This document shows, piece after piece, positions 27,013-35,585 of a DNA stretch of 64,000 nt (positions are counted from its first letter, which is position 1; each line of letters opens with the position of its first letter). The notes under the pieces were generated by a model. The model ran no database searches and was not told where the DNA came from. It saw nothing but the letters and a program-made list of their open reading frames with translations. The position numbers were made by a program, and so were the translations under genes. The DNA is from Gemmatimonadales bacterium (GTDB lineage: Bacteria > Gemmatimonadota > Gemmatimonadetes > Gemmatimonadales > GWC2-71-9): assembly GCA_041577295.1 (NCBI GenBank), contig JBFGJG010000016.1:12437-76436 (forward strand), read 5' to 3'.

Positions 27013-28224
27013 TCATGTCTTCAAGACGCCCAACGCCTCCTTCGCTCCACACATACCCTCGATGATCTGCTCATCCGGTGTCGCGAACGAGAGTCGCAGG
27101 TAGCCGTCCTGCATGAATCCCGTCCCGGAGGCCGTGACCACCCCAGCTTGCCGAATCAGATACTCGGCCACATCGTCCGATGTGCGCAGCACCATCCCGT
27201 CTGGCGTCTTCTTACCAAAAGTGCCCCGTATATCCCAGAACGAGTAGAACGCCGCAGGACTCGGCCATATTCGCACGTGGGGCATGTCTTTCGCCTCGCG
27301 GAGCAAGAGATCGCGTTTCGCCTGGAGATCCTGCTTCAGTTCCGGATCATAGGATGCGGCGATCGCGGCCATCGCCGAGTACTGTGTTGGCACCGCTGGA
27401 CCAGATGTGTAGTGACTCTGCAGATTGATCATGGCACGGGTCAGGTCGGTGGGCCCGACCGACCATCCGATCCGGATTCCCCCGGTGCGCCGAAAGTTCT
27501 TCGAGAGTCCGTCCACCTGGATGAGCCACGGCTTGGTCTCGGCATCAATGCGTGGCTCTGGGTAGCTCTCACCGTCAAAGGTGAGACGCCAATACAGGCG
27601 ATCGAGCACGAAGTAGGTCCGGTGCTCGACACACACCTGCAGAAGGCCGTCCAACTCCTCGGCCGAGTAGAGTTGTGCGGTGGGATTGACCGGGCTGTTG
27701 AGGAGAAAGAGCTTCGCGTGCGGTCGGGCCGCCAAATTCCGGCGCAGGTCGTCGGGAGTCACTTTCAGGTAGTTGGCCTCTCCGGCGGCGGGGAGGACCA
27801 TGATCGGGCTTGCGTACGCCGCGACGGCGAGCGGCTGGTAGCTCACCCAGGGTGCCGCGTCGAACAGGACCGTGTCCGCCGGATTGCAGATGGCCAAAAA
27901 GATGTTGAACAGGCTTTGCTTCGCCCCACTGGTGATGACCACGTTTTCAATCCCGTAGTGGTGGCCTACGCCCAGCCATTCGAGTACAGCTTCTCGAACT
28001 GCTGGAACCCCAGCGGGATCAGCGTACATCGTGTGCCCCTCCCGATACGCACGCTCCCCGGCTTCCCGTATGTGCGCAGCGAGGTCCCCCTTAGTTTCGC
28101 CTAAGCCGAAGTCATAAACGGGGAGGCCCTGAGCGGATCGCTCACCGGACAACCGCTTCAGCTCCAGCGTGAGGGAGGGACGAAACTTCGCGAGCTTGGC
28201 AGAGATACGTTCGACGTCGAGCAT
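27013..28224 (-). CDS. class I/II PLP-dependent aminotransferase (aspartate-aminotransferase-like)
   Basis: Motifs ITSGAKQSLF and LNSPVNPT, plus the PLP-lysine context DGLSKNFRRTGGIRIGW. ATG 28224 (MLDVERI) or ATG 28266. Confidence 0.9.
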   Translation of the reverse strand: MLDVERISAKLAKFRPSLTLELKRLSGERSAQGLPVYDFGLGETKGDLAAHIREAGERAYREGHTMYADPAGVPAVREAVLEWLGVGHHYGIENVVITSGAKQSLFNIFLAICNPADTVLFDAAPWVSYQPLAVAAYASPIMVLPAAGEANYLKVTPDDLRRNLAARPHAKLFLLNSPVNPTAQLYSAEELDGLLQVCVEHRTYFVLDRLYWRLTFDGESYPEPRIDAETKPWLIQVDGLSKNFRRTGGIRIGWSVGPTDLTRAMINLQSHYTSGPAVPTQYSAMAAIAASYDPELKQDLQAKRDLLLREAKDMPHVRIWPSPAAFYSFWDIRGTFGKKTPDGMVLRTSDDVAEYLIRQAGVVTASGTGFMQDGYLRLSFATPDEQIIEGMCGAKEALGVLKT

Positions 28225-28273
28225 GGGGATCTCGATCTTTGACTGGTGGGATCTAAGGTAGGGCACTTTCCGT

Positions 28274-28360
28274 GAAGCAGAAGAGGCAAAAGAGGATCCC
28301 TTCTCTCCCTCGCCGTCTGCTACCTCTTCTGCCTCTCCTGCTTCTCCCTATTTTTCTTTT
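28274..28360 (+). promoter_or_regulatory. terminator-like hairpin plus T-tract in the terC 5' leader, with two mutually exclusive pairings
   Basis: Stem B: 28274..28288 pairs with 28330..28344 (14 of 15 bp). Stem A: 28277..28286 pairs with 28323..28332 (10 of 10 bp). T-tract TTTTTCTTTT at 28351..28360. terC ATG at 28389. Confidence 0.4.
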
Positions 28361-28388
28361 CGTTGAAGTCCCCAACCAGAGGCCCCCC

Positions 28389-29159
28389 ATGGAATGGCTG
28401 ACCAATCCTGAGATCTGGATCGCGCTCGTGACCCTCACGGCTCTCGAAGTCGTGTTGGGGATCGATAACCTGGTGTTCATCTCGATCCTGGCCGGCAAAC
28501 TGCCGGAGCATCAACAGCGACGCGCGCGCCAGGCGGGGCTGATCGCGGCCATGGGGATGCGAGTTCTCTTACTGATGTCGCTCGCGTGGTTGGTGCGACT
28601 AACCAGCCCCTTGTTCGCCGTGTTTAGCTACGAAGTCTCCGGCCGTGACCTGATCCTCATCATCGGTGGGCTTTTCCTCATCGCCAAGGGGACACACGAG
28701 ATCCACGACAAACTCGAAGGAGAGGAGGGTCACGCGAGCGCGAAGGTCAAGGCGTCGTTCGCATCCGTCATCTTCCAGATCATGCTGCTGGACATGGTTT
28801 TCTCGCTGGATTCGGTGATCACGGCCGTCGGGATGGTCGACGAGATCTGGGTGATGGTAGCCGCGGTACTGATTGCGGTCGGGATCATGATGGTTTCGGT
28901 AGAACCGCTGAGCGCGTTCGTGCAACGGCATCCGACGGTCAAGATGCTCGCGCTGAGTTTCCTGCTGCTCGTTGGCTTTACGCTCGTTGTCGAAGGGCTC
29001 CACGCCCACATTCCGAAGGGATACATCTACTTTGCCATGGGGTTCTCGGTGTTTGTGGAGTTCCTGAACATCAGGGTGAGGGCGAAACGCCGGGAGGCCC
29101 CGCCTGTGGAGCTGCGTACGCGGTATACGACAGAGCACCAAGTGCCATCGGGTGCATAA
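28389..29159 (+). CDS. TerC-family integral membrane protein
   Basis: MEWLTNPEIWIALVTLTALEVVLGIDNLVFISILAGKLP is the typical TerC N-terminus. The second DSVITAVG motif is also present. The part of the track ORF upstream of ATG 28389 is translated repeat DNA. Confidence 0.9.
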   Translation: MEWLTNPEIWIALVTLTALEVVLGIDNLVFISILAGKLPEHQQRRARQAGLIAAMGMRVLLLMSLAWLVRLTSPLFAVFSYEVSGRDLILIIGGLFLIAKGTHEIHDKLEGEEGHASAKVKASFASVIFQIMLLDMVFSLDSVITAVGMVDEIWVMVAAVLIAVGIMMVSVEPLSAFVQRHPTVKMLALSFLLLVGFTLVVEGLHAHIPKGYIYFAMGFSVFVEFLNIRVRAKRREAPPVELRTRYTTEHQVPSGA

Positions 29160-29170
29160 GCGGATCGAAC

Positions 29171-29311
29171 AGGCAGAGGGGATAGGGGTGCGGTATGGGG
29201 ATGACCGGGATAGAGCGTTCGGGAGGAACGAGGGATGGGGCTGACTGGATGGCCAATCCCGTCCATCCCGCCTATCCCGCCAATGCGACCGTCCGCGTAT
29301 CTTTATCCCCC
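29171..29311. repeat. long imperfect purine-arm/pyrimidine-arm inverted repeat (AGGGGATAG family) between terC and gltA
   Basis: GGGATGG (29232..29238) pairs with CCATCCC (29263..29269), and GGGATAG (29207..29213) pairs with CTATCCC (29272..29278). The left arm is almost pure G/A and the right arm almost pure C/T. Confidence 0.55.
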
Positions 29312-29354
29312 GCAAGCATCAACCGATCTGACCCGAGACCCCTCCGAGGAGCCG

Positions 29355-30644
29355 GTGGCCAAGAATAACCTCTCCGTTACTGACAACCGCACTGGGAAGA
29401 CCTACGAGATCGCCATCACCGATGGAACGATCCGCGCCCTCGACCTGCGAGACATCAAGGTGAACGACGACGACTTCGGGCTGATGACCTACGACCCGGG
29501 ATTCACCAATACAGCATCGTGTCGCAGCGCCATCACCTTCATCGACGGGGACAAGGGCATTCTCCGGTACCGCGGTTACCCCATTGAACAGCTTGCCGAG
29601 CAGAGCACCTTTCTCGAGACGGCCTATCTGTTGCTGTACGGTGAGCTACCCACAAAAGACGAGTTGTCGCATTGGCTCTTCGACATCACGCACCACACGT
29701 TCGTTCACGAGAACATCAAGAAATTCATGGACGGGCTGCGATACGACGCGCACCCCATGGGTGCCTTCATCAGCACTGTTGCGGCACTCTCGACGTTCTA
29801 TGCCGAGGCGAAGAAGATCCACAACTCAGACATCATCAATCATCAGATCCGACGGCTCATCGCCAAGACGCCGACGATTGCGGCGTTTGCGTATCGGCAC
29901 ATGGTGGGGTTGCCCTACGCCTACCCCGACAACAGTCTCTCCTACGCCGGCAATTTCCTGAACATGATGTTCAGGACTACCGAGCTTAAGTACGAGCCGA
30001 ACCCCACCCTCGAGAAAGCTTTGGACGTGCTTTTCATCTTGCATGCCGATCACGAGCAGAACTGCTCGGCAAACGCCATGCGCAGCGTTGGATCGAGCGA
30101 ATCCGACCCCTACAGCTCTATGGCCGCCGCGGCCGCGGCGCTGTACGGACCGCTTCACGGTGGGGCAAACGAGATGGTACTCCGCATGCTTCGAGAGATC
30201 GGTAGTAAGAAGCACATCCCCGCCTACATCAAGCGTGTGAAGAGCAAAGAGGTTCGCCTGATGGGGTTTGGCCACCGGGTGTACAAGAACTACGACCCCC
30301 GGGCCAAGATTATCAAACGAATCGCCCACGAAGTCTTCGAAGTGACGGGCCGTAACCCACTGATCGACATCGCGGTCGAGCTGGAGAAGATCGCGCTCGA
30401 GGATGAGTTCTTCATATCCCGCAAGCTCTATCCCAATGTCGATTTCTACTCGGGAATCATCTACGAGGCGATGCGGTTTCCGGTGGAGATGTTCCCTGTC
30501 CTGTTTGCGATCGGGCGTGCTCCGGGATGGCTGGCGCAGTGGAAGGAAATGCTATCCGACAAAGATCAACGCATCGCTCGCCCAAGGCAGATCTACGTTG
30601 GACAGGATCAGCGTGATTACCTACCGATCGGAAAACGGGGATAG
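29355..30644 (+). CDS. gltA: citrate synthase
   Basis: Motifs GFGHRVYKNYDPRA, LHADHEQN and GPLHGGAN. GTG 29355 is preceded by GAGGA (29346..29350). ATG 29283 and the track start 29235 fall inside repeat DNA. Confidence 0.93.
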   Translation: MAKNNLSVTDNRTGKTYEIAITDGTIRALDLRDIKVNDDDFGLMTYDPGFTNTASCRSAITFIDGDKGILRYRGYPIEQLAEQSTFLETAYLLLYGELPTKDELSHWLFDITHHTFVHENIKKFMDGLRYDAHPMGAFISTVAALSTFYAEAKKIHNSDIINHQIRRLIAKTPTIAAFAYRHMVGLPYAYPDNSLSYAGNFLNMMFRTTELKYEPNPTLEKALDVLFILHADHEQNCSANAMRSVGSSESDPYSSMAAAAAALYGPLHGGANEMVLRMLREIGSKKHIPAYIKRVKSKEVRLMGFGHRVYKNYDPRAKIIKRIAHEVFEVTGRNPLIDIAVELEKIALEDEFFISRKLYPNVDFYSGIIYEAMRFPVEMFPVLFAIGRAPGWLAQWKEMLSDKDQRIARPRQIYVGQDQRDYLPIGKRG

Positions 30645-30692
30645 TCGCAGAGAAGAGTCCTCTCGGTAGGCCGACCACCAGCTCGAGACGGT

Positions 30693-32534
30693 TTAGGGGA
30701 AGCGGATGCCCGGGATTCCTCGGGTGACTTGCCGCAATTCATCCTCGAGTCGCTGCCGGGTTTCTTCGACCTCGACCAGCCTCGTCGCCACCACGGATTG
30801 CACTTGCTCTCGGATCGCGTCCACACGGCCGCGCGCTTCGGCGAGGCGCGGCTCGACGAGTCGATTGACCTCGGCGCGAACGAGCTGCTCGGCACGCTCG
30901 ATCTCCCGGCCAACTTCCTGACGGAGACTCTGCACAACCGCCTGGCCGAGGTTGCTACTCACTGACAGCGACGGCCGGTCGAGCGATCCCCTCAGCCGCA
31001 TGTCCACCTCCACCCGCCCGACACCCGAAAGCGTTCTCCACAAGAGGTCCTTGGCCCACGCCGTGGTTCCGATCTGGCGGATGCTCTGTACGCCCGCCGG
31101 CGGCGGATCGGTCCGTTCCCAAGAGACACTGGTCGAGACCCAACGCAGGTGTGCATCGAGCTGGTCACCCGTGCGCTGCAAGGAGAATTGGGTCGTGCCT
31201 TGCCCGAGACCGACGCGTCCTCCGATGGCATCGAGTGCGACGGTAGGCAGCGTTATGCCGCTGACGTGCAGCGCCACCGAATCCCGTATTGGACGTTGGG
31301 CATGCTCGAGGGTTGCCGCCAAACGCAGATCTCTCGGTCCCTGAGCCGCCCGAGTGCGGCCGGCTTGAATGCGAATAGGCTCGCCGTACAACGTTGGGGC
31401 GGACGACAGACCTCGGATCAGCGCGGCGTACTGTCCGGCAGCGGCTCCCGCACCGCCAATCTCCAGATCGGTCTCGCCGTACTGCAGGAGAAACCGAGGG
31501 TAGTTCGCTCGTCCCGGATAGCTGACCGTCGTCCCCGAGGCACGGGTCCGTTTGGGGCCGGAGTACCGTTTGGGATCGAGCCCCGGCGGCACGTAGCGCT
31601 CCGCGGTCTTCACCCAGTACAGTACCGGCTTGAGCCACGTGACCGCAGTCTCGCCAAAGAGCGCGGGTGAAACACTCGGAGCTTCGAGGGATGGCAGGTT
31701 GAGCAGACTCCTGGCGTACATCAGATCGGCGTCCCGCATCTCCGGAAACCGCTCGATGTTGGCCTGGAGCGCACCGACCCCATACCGCACCGTGCTATCG
31801 AGTGTAGTGAGGCGCCCGCGGATCTCAGCCAACGAGGCGATGGTCGACCGCCCCGAATTCACCAGCTGGGTCATCCCCGGGATGCCGAGGCGCACCGGAT
31901 CGGCGTTCCGCACACGTTCAATCAACGCGCGTGCCGAATCGATCTGCGGCCGTGGATCGAGCGCGCGTACACGACCTTCCCACGCACCCCGCATGGAATC
32001 TGCGAGCGCCGCCGTGGCTCGGGCGTGAGCAAGCGTGCGCAGGCTTTCGGGGCGGATCGCATTCACATTCACCACCCCGCCCAAACCTTCGAGACTAAAG
32101 GACGGAATCCGGAGTTGCTCAGCCCACGCATTCACCTCCCGCCAGGCCCGACCGCTCTCCGGACTGCGGTTGGGCAGCGCTCCCGAGGTCTCGCGCGGTG
32201 TGCCAAAGCGAACCCCCCGCACGGCCAACGTCTCCACGACGACCTTCTTCTCGAGAAGCGGTACCATCATCACGTTGGCGACAATCTCGCGCGCCTCGAT
32301 CAGATTGGTCATCGGCGCATCCGGGTTGGTCACCTGGAGCCCACGCAGAACCACGACGCCATCACGCAGACGCACATCCGCGTACGCAACATCGACCTTG
32401 GCGCCGACGATCGACGCGCCCGTTTCCTCCACACCGTGCTTGACGATGCGATCGAGCAGTAGGATGTACCCGGTGATGAGCACCACGACGAAGAAGATCA
32501 GGACGCCTATGGCACGCCAGCGGAAGATGGTCAT
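30693..32534 (-). CDS. TIGR03545-like large membrane-anchored protein (AsmA-like)
   Basis: 613 aa with N-terminal anchor MTIFRWRAIGVLIFFVVVLITGYILL, followed by a long extracytoplasmic region. It sits next to a TIGR03546-like gene. The family call is from memory. Confidence 0.7.
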   Translation of the reverse strand: MTIFRWRAIGVLIFFVVVLITGYILLLDRIVKHGVEETGASIVGAKVDVAYADVRLRDGVVVLRGLQVTNPDAPMTNLIEAREIVANVMMVPLLEKKVVVETLAVRGVRFGTPRETSGALPNRSPESGRAWREVNAWAEQLRIPSFSLEGLGGVVNVNAIRPESLRTLAHARATAALADSMRGAWEGRVRALDPRPQIDSARALIERVRNADPVRLGIPGMTQLVNSGRSTIASLAEIRGRLTTLDSTVRYGVGALQANIERFPEMRDADLMYARSLLNLPSLEAPSVSPALFGETAVTWLKPVLYWVKTAERYVPPGLDPKRYSGPKRTRASGTTVSYPGRANYPRFLLQYGETDLEIGGAGAAAGQYAALIRGLSSAPTLYGEPIRIQAGRTRAAQGPRDLRLAATLEHAQRPIRDSVALHVSGITLPTVALDAIGGRVGLGQGTTQFSLQRTGDQLDAHLRWVSTSVSWERTDPPPAGVQSIRQIGTTAWAKDLLWRTLSGVGRVEVDMRLRGSLDRPSLSVSSNLGQAVVQSLRQEVGREIERAEQLVRAEVNRLVEPRLAEARGRVDAIREQVQSVVATRLVEVEETRQRLEDELRQVTRGIPGIRFP

Positions 32535-32573
32535 AGTAGAGAAGGCACAAGAGGCAGGAGACGCAGCATGCGC

Positions 32574-33095
32574 TTACGAGGGGCGAAAGAGCCGATAGAA
32601 GTTATACAGCTTCGAGGCGCGGATGGCTTTGAAGAGCTTGGCGTCTTTGTATCGTGCATAGATGGTGGCGCGGTAGCGGCCCACGCCCCACCGAGCGAGC
32701 AGGAAGATCGGCACCGCCAACACCGCCCACCCCACGAGGCTGCCGAGCACGACGCTGTTCGTGAGATTCGTCAGTGCCAGGACGGGCGTGTTGTAAATCG
32801 TCGCCCAGAAACCACTCAGCGCGGGCACGTCCAACAGCAGGGAACGACCCACGGCGTCGAACACGGGATCCAAGACGAATCCCAAGGGAATGCACCCAAA
32901 CCATCCGAGGACGGCACCTGGGACCGAGACATTGACAATCAGAATGAGCGACAGCATGAGCGCGTTGTGCAGGTTGACGAACGGCGTCAGCCCCACAATG
33001 CTGCCGAGCGCGATCCCGGCGGCGACTTGCCCCGGCGTTCCTTCCGAGTTGAGCGCGCGCACGAGGCTTTGGACGAGCTTGATGAGCCAGTACAT
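32574..33095 (-). CDS. TIGR03546-like small integral membrane protein (DUF2062-like)
   Basis: 173 aa. MYWLIKLVQSLVRALNSEGTPGQVAAGIALGSIVGLTP plus further TM segments. Confidence 0.7.
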   Translation of the reverse strand: MYWLIKLVQSLVRALNSEGTPGQVAAGIALGSIVGLTPFVNLHNALMLSLILIVNVSVPGAVLGWFGCIPLGFVLDPVFDAVGRSLLLDVPALSGFWATIYNTPVLALTNLTNSVVLGSLVGWAVLAVPIFLLARWGVGRYRATIYARYKDAKLFKAIRASKLYNFYRLFRPS

Positions 33096-33143
33096 GGAGG
33101 GAATTTAGCCAGGAGGAGAAGGCAGGAGGGCGGCAACGGACAT

Positions 33144-33297
33144 GAGGCAGGAGGGGCAGGAGAGGCAGCAAATTCGTGAATACACGAACTTGCGGCGACG
33201 CATAAACGCCGGAATCTTCGCCCTGCTGCGTGGAGACATCGGTAAGCGGCGCTAAGTGAACCACGGGAACAGCTGCCTCTCCTGCCCCTCCTGCCTC
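33144..33297. repeat. perfect 26-bp inverted repeat flanking a 102-bp spacer in a divergent promoter region
   Basis: GAGGCAGGAGGGGCAGGAGAGGCAGC (33144..33169) against GCTGCCTCTCCTGCCCCTCCTGCCTC (33272..33297). All 26 pairs were checked by hand. An inner hairpin TTCGTG-aata-CACGAA lies at 33173..33188. Confidence 0.9.
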
Positions 33298-33314
33298 TCC
33301 TGCTAGATTGACGC

Positions 33315-35549
33315 ATGCCAAACCAATCCCTCGACCCGATTCTTCGCCCACAGTCGATCGCCCTCATCGGTGCGTCACGACAGCCCAACACCATCGGGTG
33401 GCACATCCTCGACAACCTACTCAAGCATGGGTTCCAGGGACCGATCTACCCCGTGAACCCGCACGCGACCGCGATTCATTCGGTCCCCGCGTACAAGGCG
33501 ATCGGCAGCGTGCCCGGTCCGGTAGACCTCGCGGTGATTGCGGTTCCCAAGGAGCATGTGGTGAACGTCGTGCGGGAGTGCGTCGACGCGAAGGTAAAAG
33601 GCCTCGTAGTGATATCGGCGGGCTTCAAGGAGGTCGGAGGAGCGGGCATTGAACGAGAGCGTGAGCTGCGTGACGTCGTCGCATCGTCCGGAATCCGCAT
33701 GGTGGGGCCCAACTGCCTCGGCGTCATCAACACCGAGCCGGGCGTTCGGATGAACGCCACCTTTGCGCCGAACATGCCACCCCCGGGTCCGGTGGGATTC
33801 ATCAGCCAGTCCGGCGCGATGGGGCTCAGCGTGCTCGACTACGCACAGAGTCTGGGGATCGGGATTTCGATGTTTGTGTCGTCGGGCAACAAGGCCGATG
33901 TGAGTGGCAACGATTTGCTCGAGTACTGGAGTGACGATCCCGGTACCCAGGTTATCCTCATGTATATCGAGAGCTTCGGCAATCCCGAAAAGTTCGTGGA
34001 GCTGGGGCGCCGGATCACGCGCGACAAGCCAATCTGCATCGTGAAGTCCGGTCGCACCGGCGCGGGCGAGCGTGCGGCGGCCTCGCACACCGGTGCGCTG
34101 GCGGGTACCGAGCTCGCCACCGACGCGCTCATCGCGCAAGCCGGTGCGATCCGAGCCCAAACGGTTGAGGAGCTGTTCGACCTTGCCATGGCCTTCGCCA
34201 ATCAGCCACTTCCCGCCGGGAACCGGGTGGCGATCGTCACGAACGCGGGCGGGCCTGGGATCATCCTCGCCGACGCATGCGAGGTGCACGGCTTAGAGGT
34301 ACCGCACTTAGGCAGTGAGACCGTCGAGTTGCTGCGCTCCAAGTTGCCCGAGGAGGCTAGCGTCAAGAATCCGGTGGACCTGATTGCGAGCGCCACGCCC
34401 AAGAGCTACGAGTTTGCCCTGCAGTCGGTGTTCGACGATCCGCACGTCGACGCCGCCATTGCGGCCTTCGTGCCGCCACTGGGAATCCAGGCCAAGGACG
34501 TGGCCGAGGCGATCGTACGGGTCAATAGACAACACCCCGAGAAACCACTGCTCGCCGTGCTCATGGGGAAAGAAGGGGTGCCGGCCGGGATGGCTGAGCT
34601 CCATGAAGCCCGGGTGCCCGCGTACATCTTTCCGGAGTCCGCCGCGCGCGCACTGGGCGCGTTGTGGCGCCAGCGACGGCGAATCAACCGTCCGAGCGGC
34701 GAAGTGCTCGAATTCGATACGGACGATGCCACTGTAAAAAGCGTGATCGATGGAACGCTGGCAGAGAAGCGACACAAACTTTCCGAACCCGATGCCATGC
34801 GTTTGCTCGAGGCGTACGGCATTGAAGTACTCCCGTGGGAGTACGTAACCAAGGACAGTCCGACGAGCCTGGCGGCCGCAGCGGGAGAAGCCGCTACCCG
34901 CATCGGCTTTCCGGTAGCGATCAAGATCGTGAGCCCAGATATCATCCACAAAACCGACGTGGGGGGCGTACAGCTCGGTCTCAAGTCCAAGACCGAGGTT
35001 GAACGGGCGGTCCGGTCGATGGTCAAACGCGTCACCGAAGCATGGGGCGGTGGGCAATCCAAGGACGGCGCGACTGCACGTGCGAGCCAGGGATCCGGGA
35101 ACGCCGGGGCACCCACCGGTCATGGAGCGGCTGCCACCGCGACGGCGACAGTTGCTGAGCCACGTATCGGCGGTGTGTTGGTACAGCAGATGGCTGGGGA
35201 CGGGATTGAGACGATCGTCGGGCTGACGCGCGTGTCCGGAGTCGGTCCGCTCGTCATGTTTGGGCTCGGTGGCATTTACGTAGAGGTGATGCGGGATGTC
35301 GTGCTGCGGCTGAGTCCCGTTCGTGATAGTGACGCGAGACAGATGGTGGCCAGCGTGAGACTCCACAAGCTGCTCGAAGGCGTGCGTGGGCAGAAGCCGC
35401 GTGACGTCGCAGCGTTGGCCGAAGCGATCATGCGACTCTCCCAGCTGGCGCAGCGCCACCCCCGCATTAGCGAGATGGATATCAATCCGCTACTGGCCCT
35501 CGAACGCGGCAGCGTGGCGATCGATGCGAGAGTGCAACTGAGGGAGTAG
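33315..35549 (+). CDS. ADP-forming acyl-CoA synthetase family protein (CoA-binding + succinyl-CoA-synthetase-like + ATP-grasp domains)
   Basis: LRPQSIALIGASRQPNTIGWHILDNLLKHGFQGPIYPVNP is the CoA-binding N-terminus. SGRTGAGERAAASHTGALAG is the phosphohistidine loop. The ATP-grasp tail has an Ala/Gly-rich insert (GGGQSKDGATARASQGSGNAGAPTGHGAAATATA). Confidence 0.9.
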   Translation: MPNQSLDPILRPQSIALIGASRQPNTIGWHILDNLLKHGFQGPIYPVNPHATAIHSVPAYKAIGSVPGPVDLAVIAVPKEHVVNVVRECVDAKVKGLVVISAGFKEVGGAGIERERELRDVVASSGIRMVGPNCLGVINTEPGVRMNATFAPNMPPPGPVGFISQSGAMGLSVLDYAQSLGIGISMFVSSGNKADVSGNDLLEYWSDDPGTQVILMYIESFGNPEKFVELGRRITRDKPICIVKSGRTGAGERAAASHTGALAGTELATDALIAQAGAIRAQTVEELFDLAMAFANQPLPAGNRVAIVTNAGGPGIILADACEVHGLEVPHLGSETVELLRSKLPEEASVKNPVDLIASATPKSYEFALQSVFDDPHVDAAIAAFVPPLGIQAKDVAEAIVRVNRQHPEKPLLAVLMGKEGVPAGMAELHEARVPAYIFPESAARALGALWRQRRRINRPSGEVLEFDTDDATVKSVIDGTLAEKRHKLSEPDAMRLLEAYGIEVLPWEYVTKDSPTSLAAAAGEAATRIGFPVAIKIVSPDIIHKTDVGGVQLGLKSKTEVERAVRSMVKRVTEAWGGGQSKDGATARASQGSGNAGAPTGHGAAATATATVAEPRIGGVLVQQMAGDGIETIVGLTRVSGVGPLVMFGLGGIYVEVMRDVVLRLSPVRDSDARQMVASVRLHKLLEGVRGQKPRDVAALAEAIMRLSQLAQRHPRISEMDINPLLALERGSVAIDARVQLRE

Positions 35550-35585
35550 GGAGTGGAACAGCCGCGAAGCCAAGGAGAAGGTTTT

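Noticed and set aside
28225-28388. yybP-ykoY (Mn2+) riboswitch upstream of terC.
   Set aside because: I could not find the conserved GGGGAGUAG or GAGACAU loop elements or a four-way-junction layout by eye. This needs a covariance-model scan. Only the terminator-like feature is reported.
33142-33255. 37-codon ORF (MRQEGQERQQIREYTNLRRRINAGIFALLRGDIGKRR) starting in the left arm of the 26-bp inverted repeat.
   Set aside because: ORFs of this length are expected by chance in GC-rich DNA. The first 9 codons are simply the translated repeat, and there is no SD sequence.
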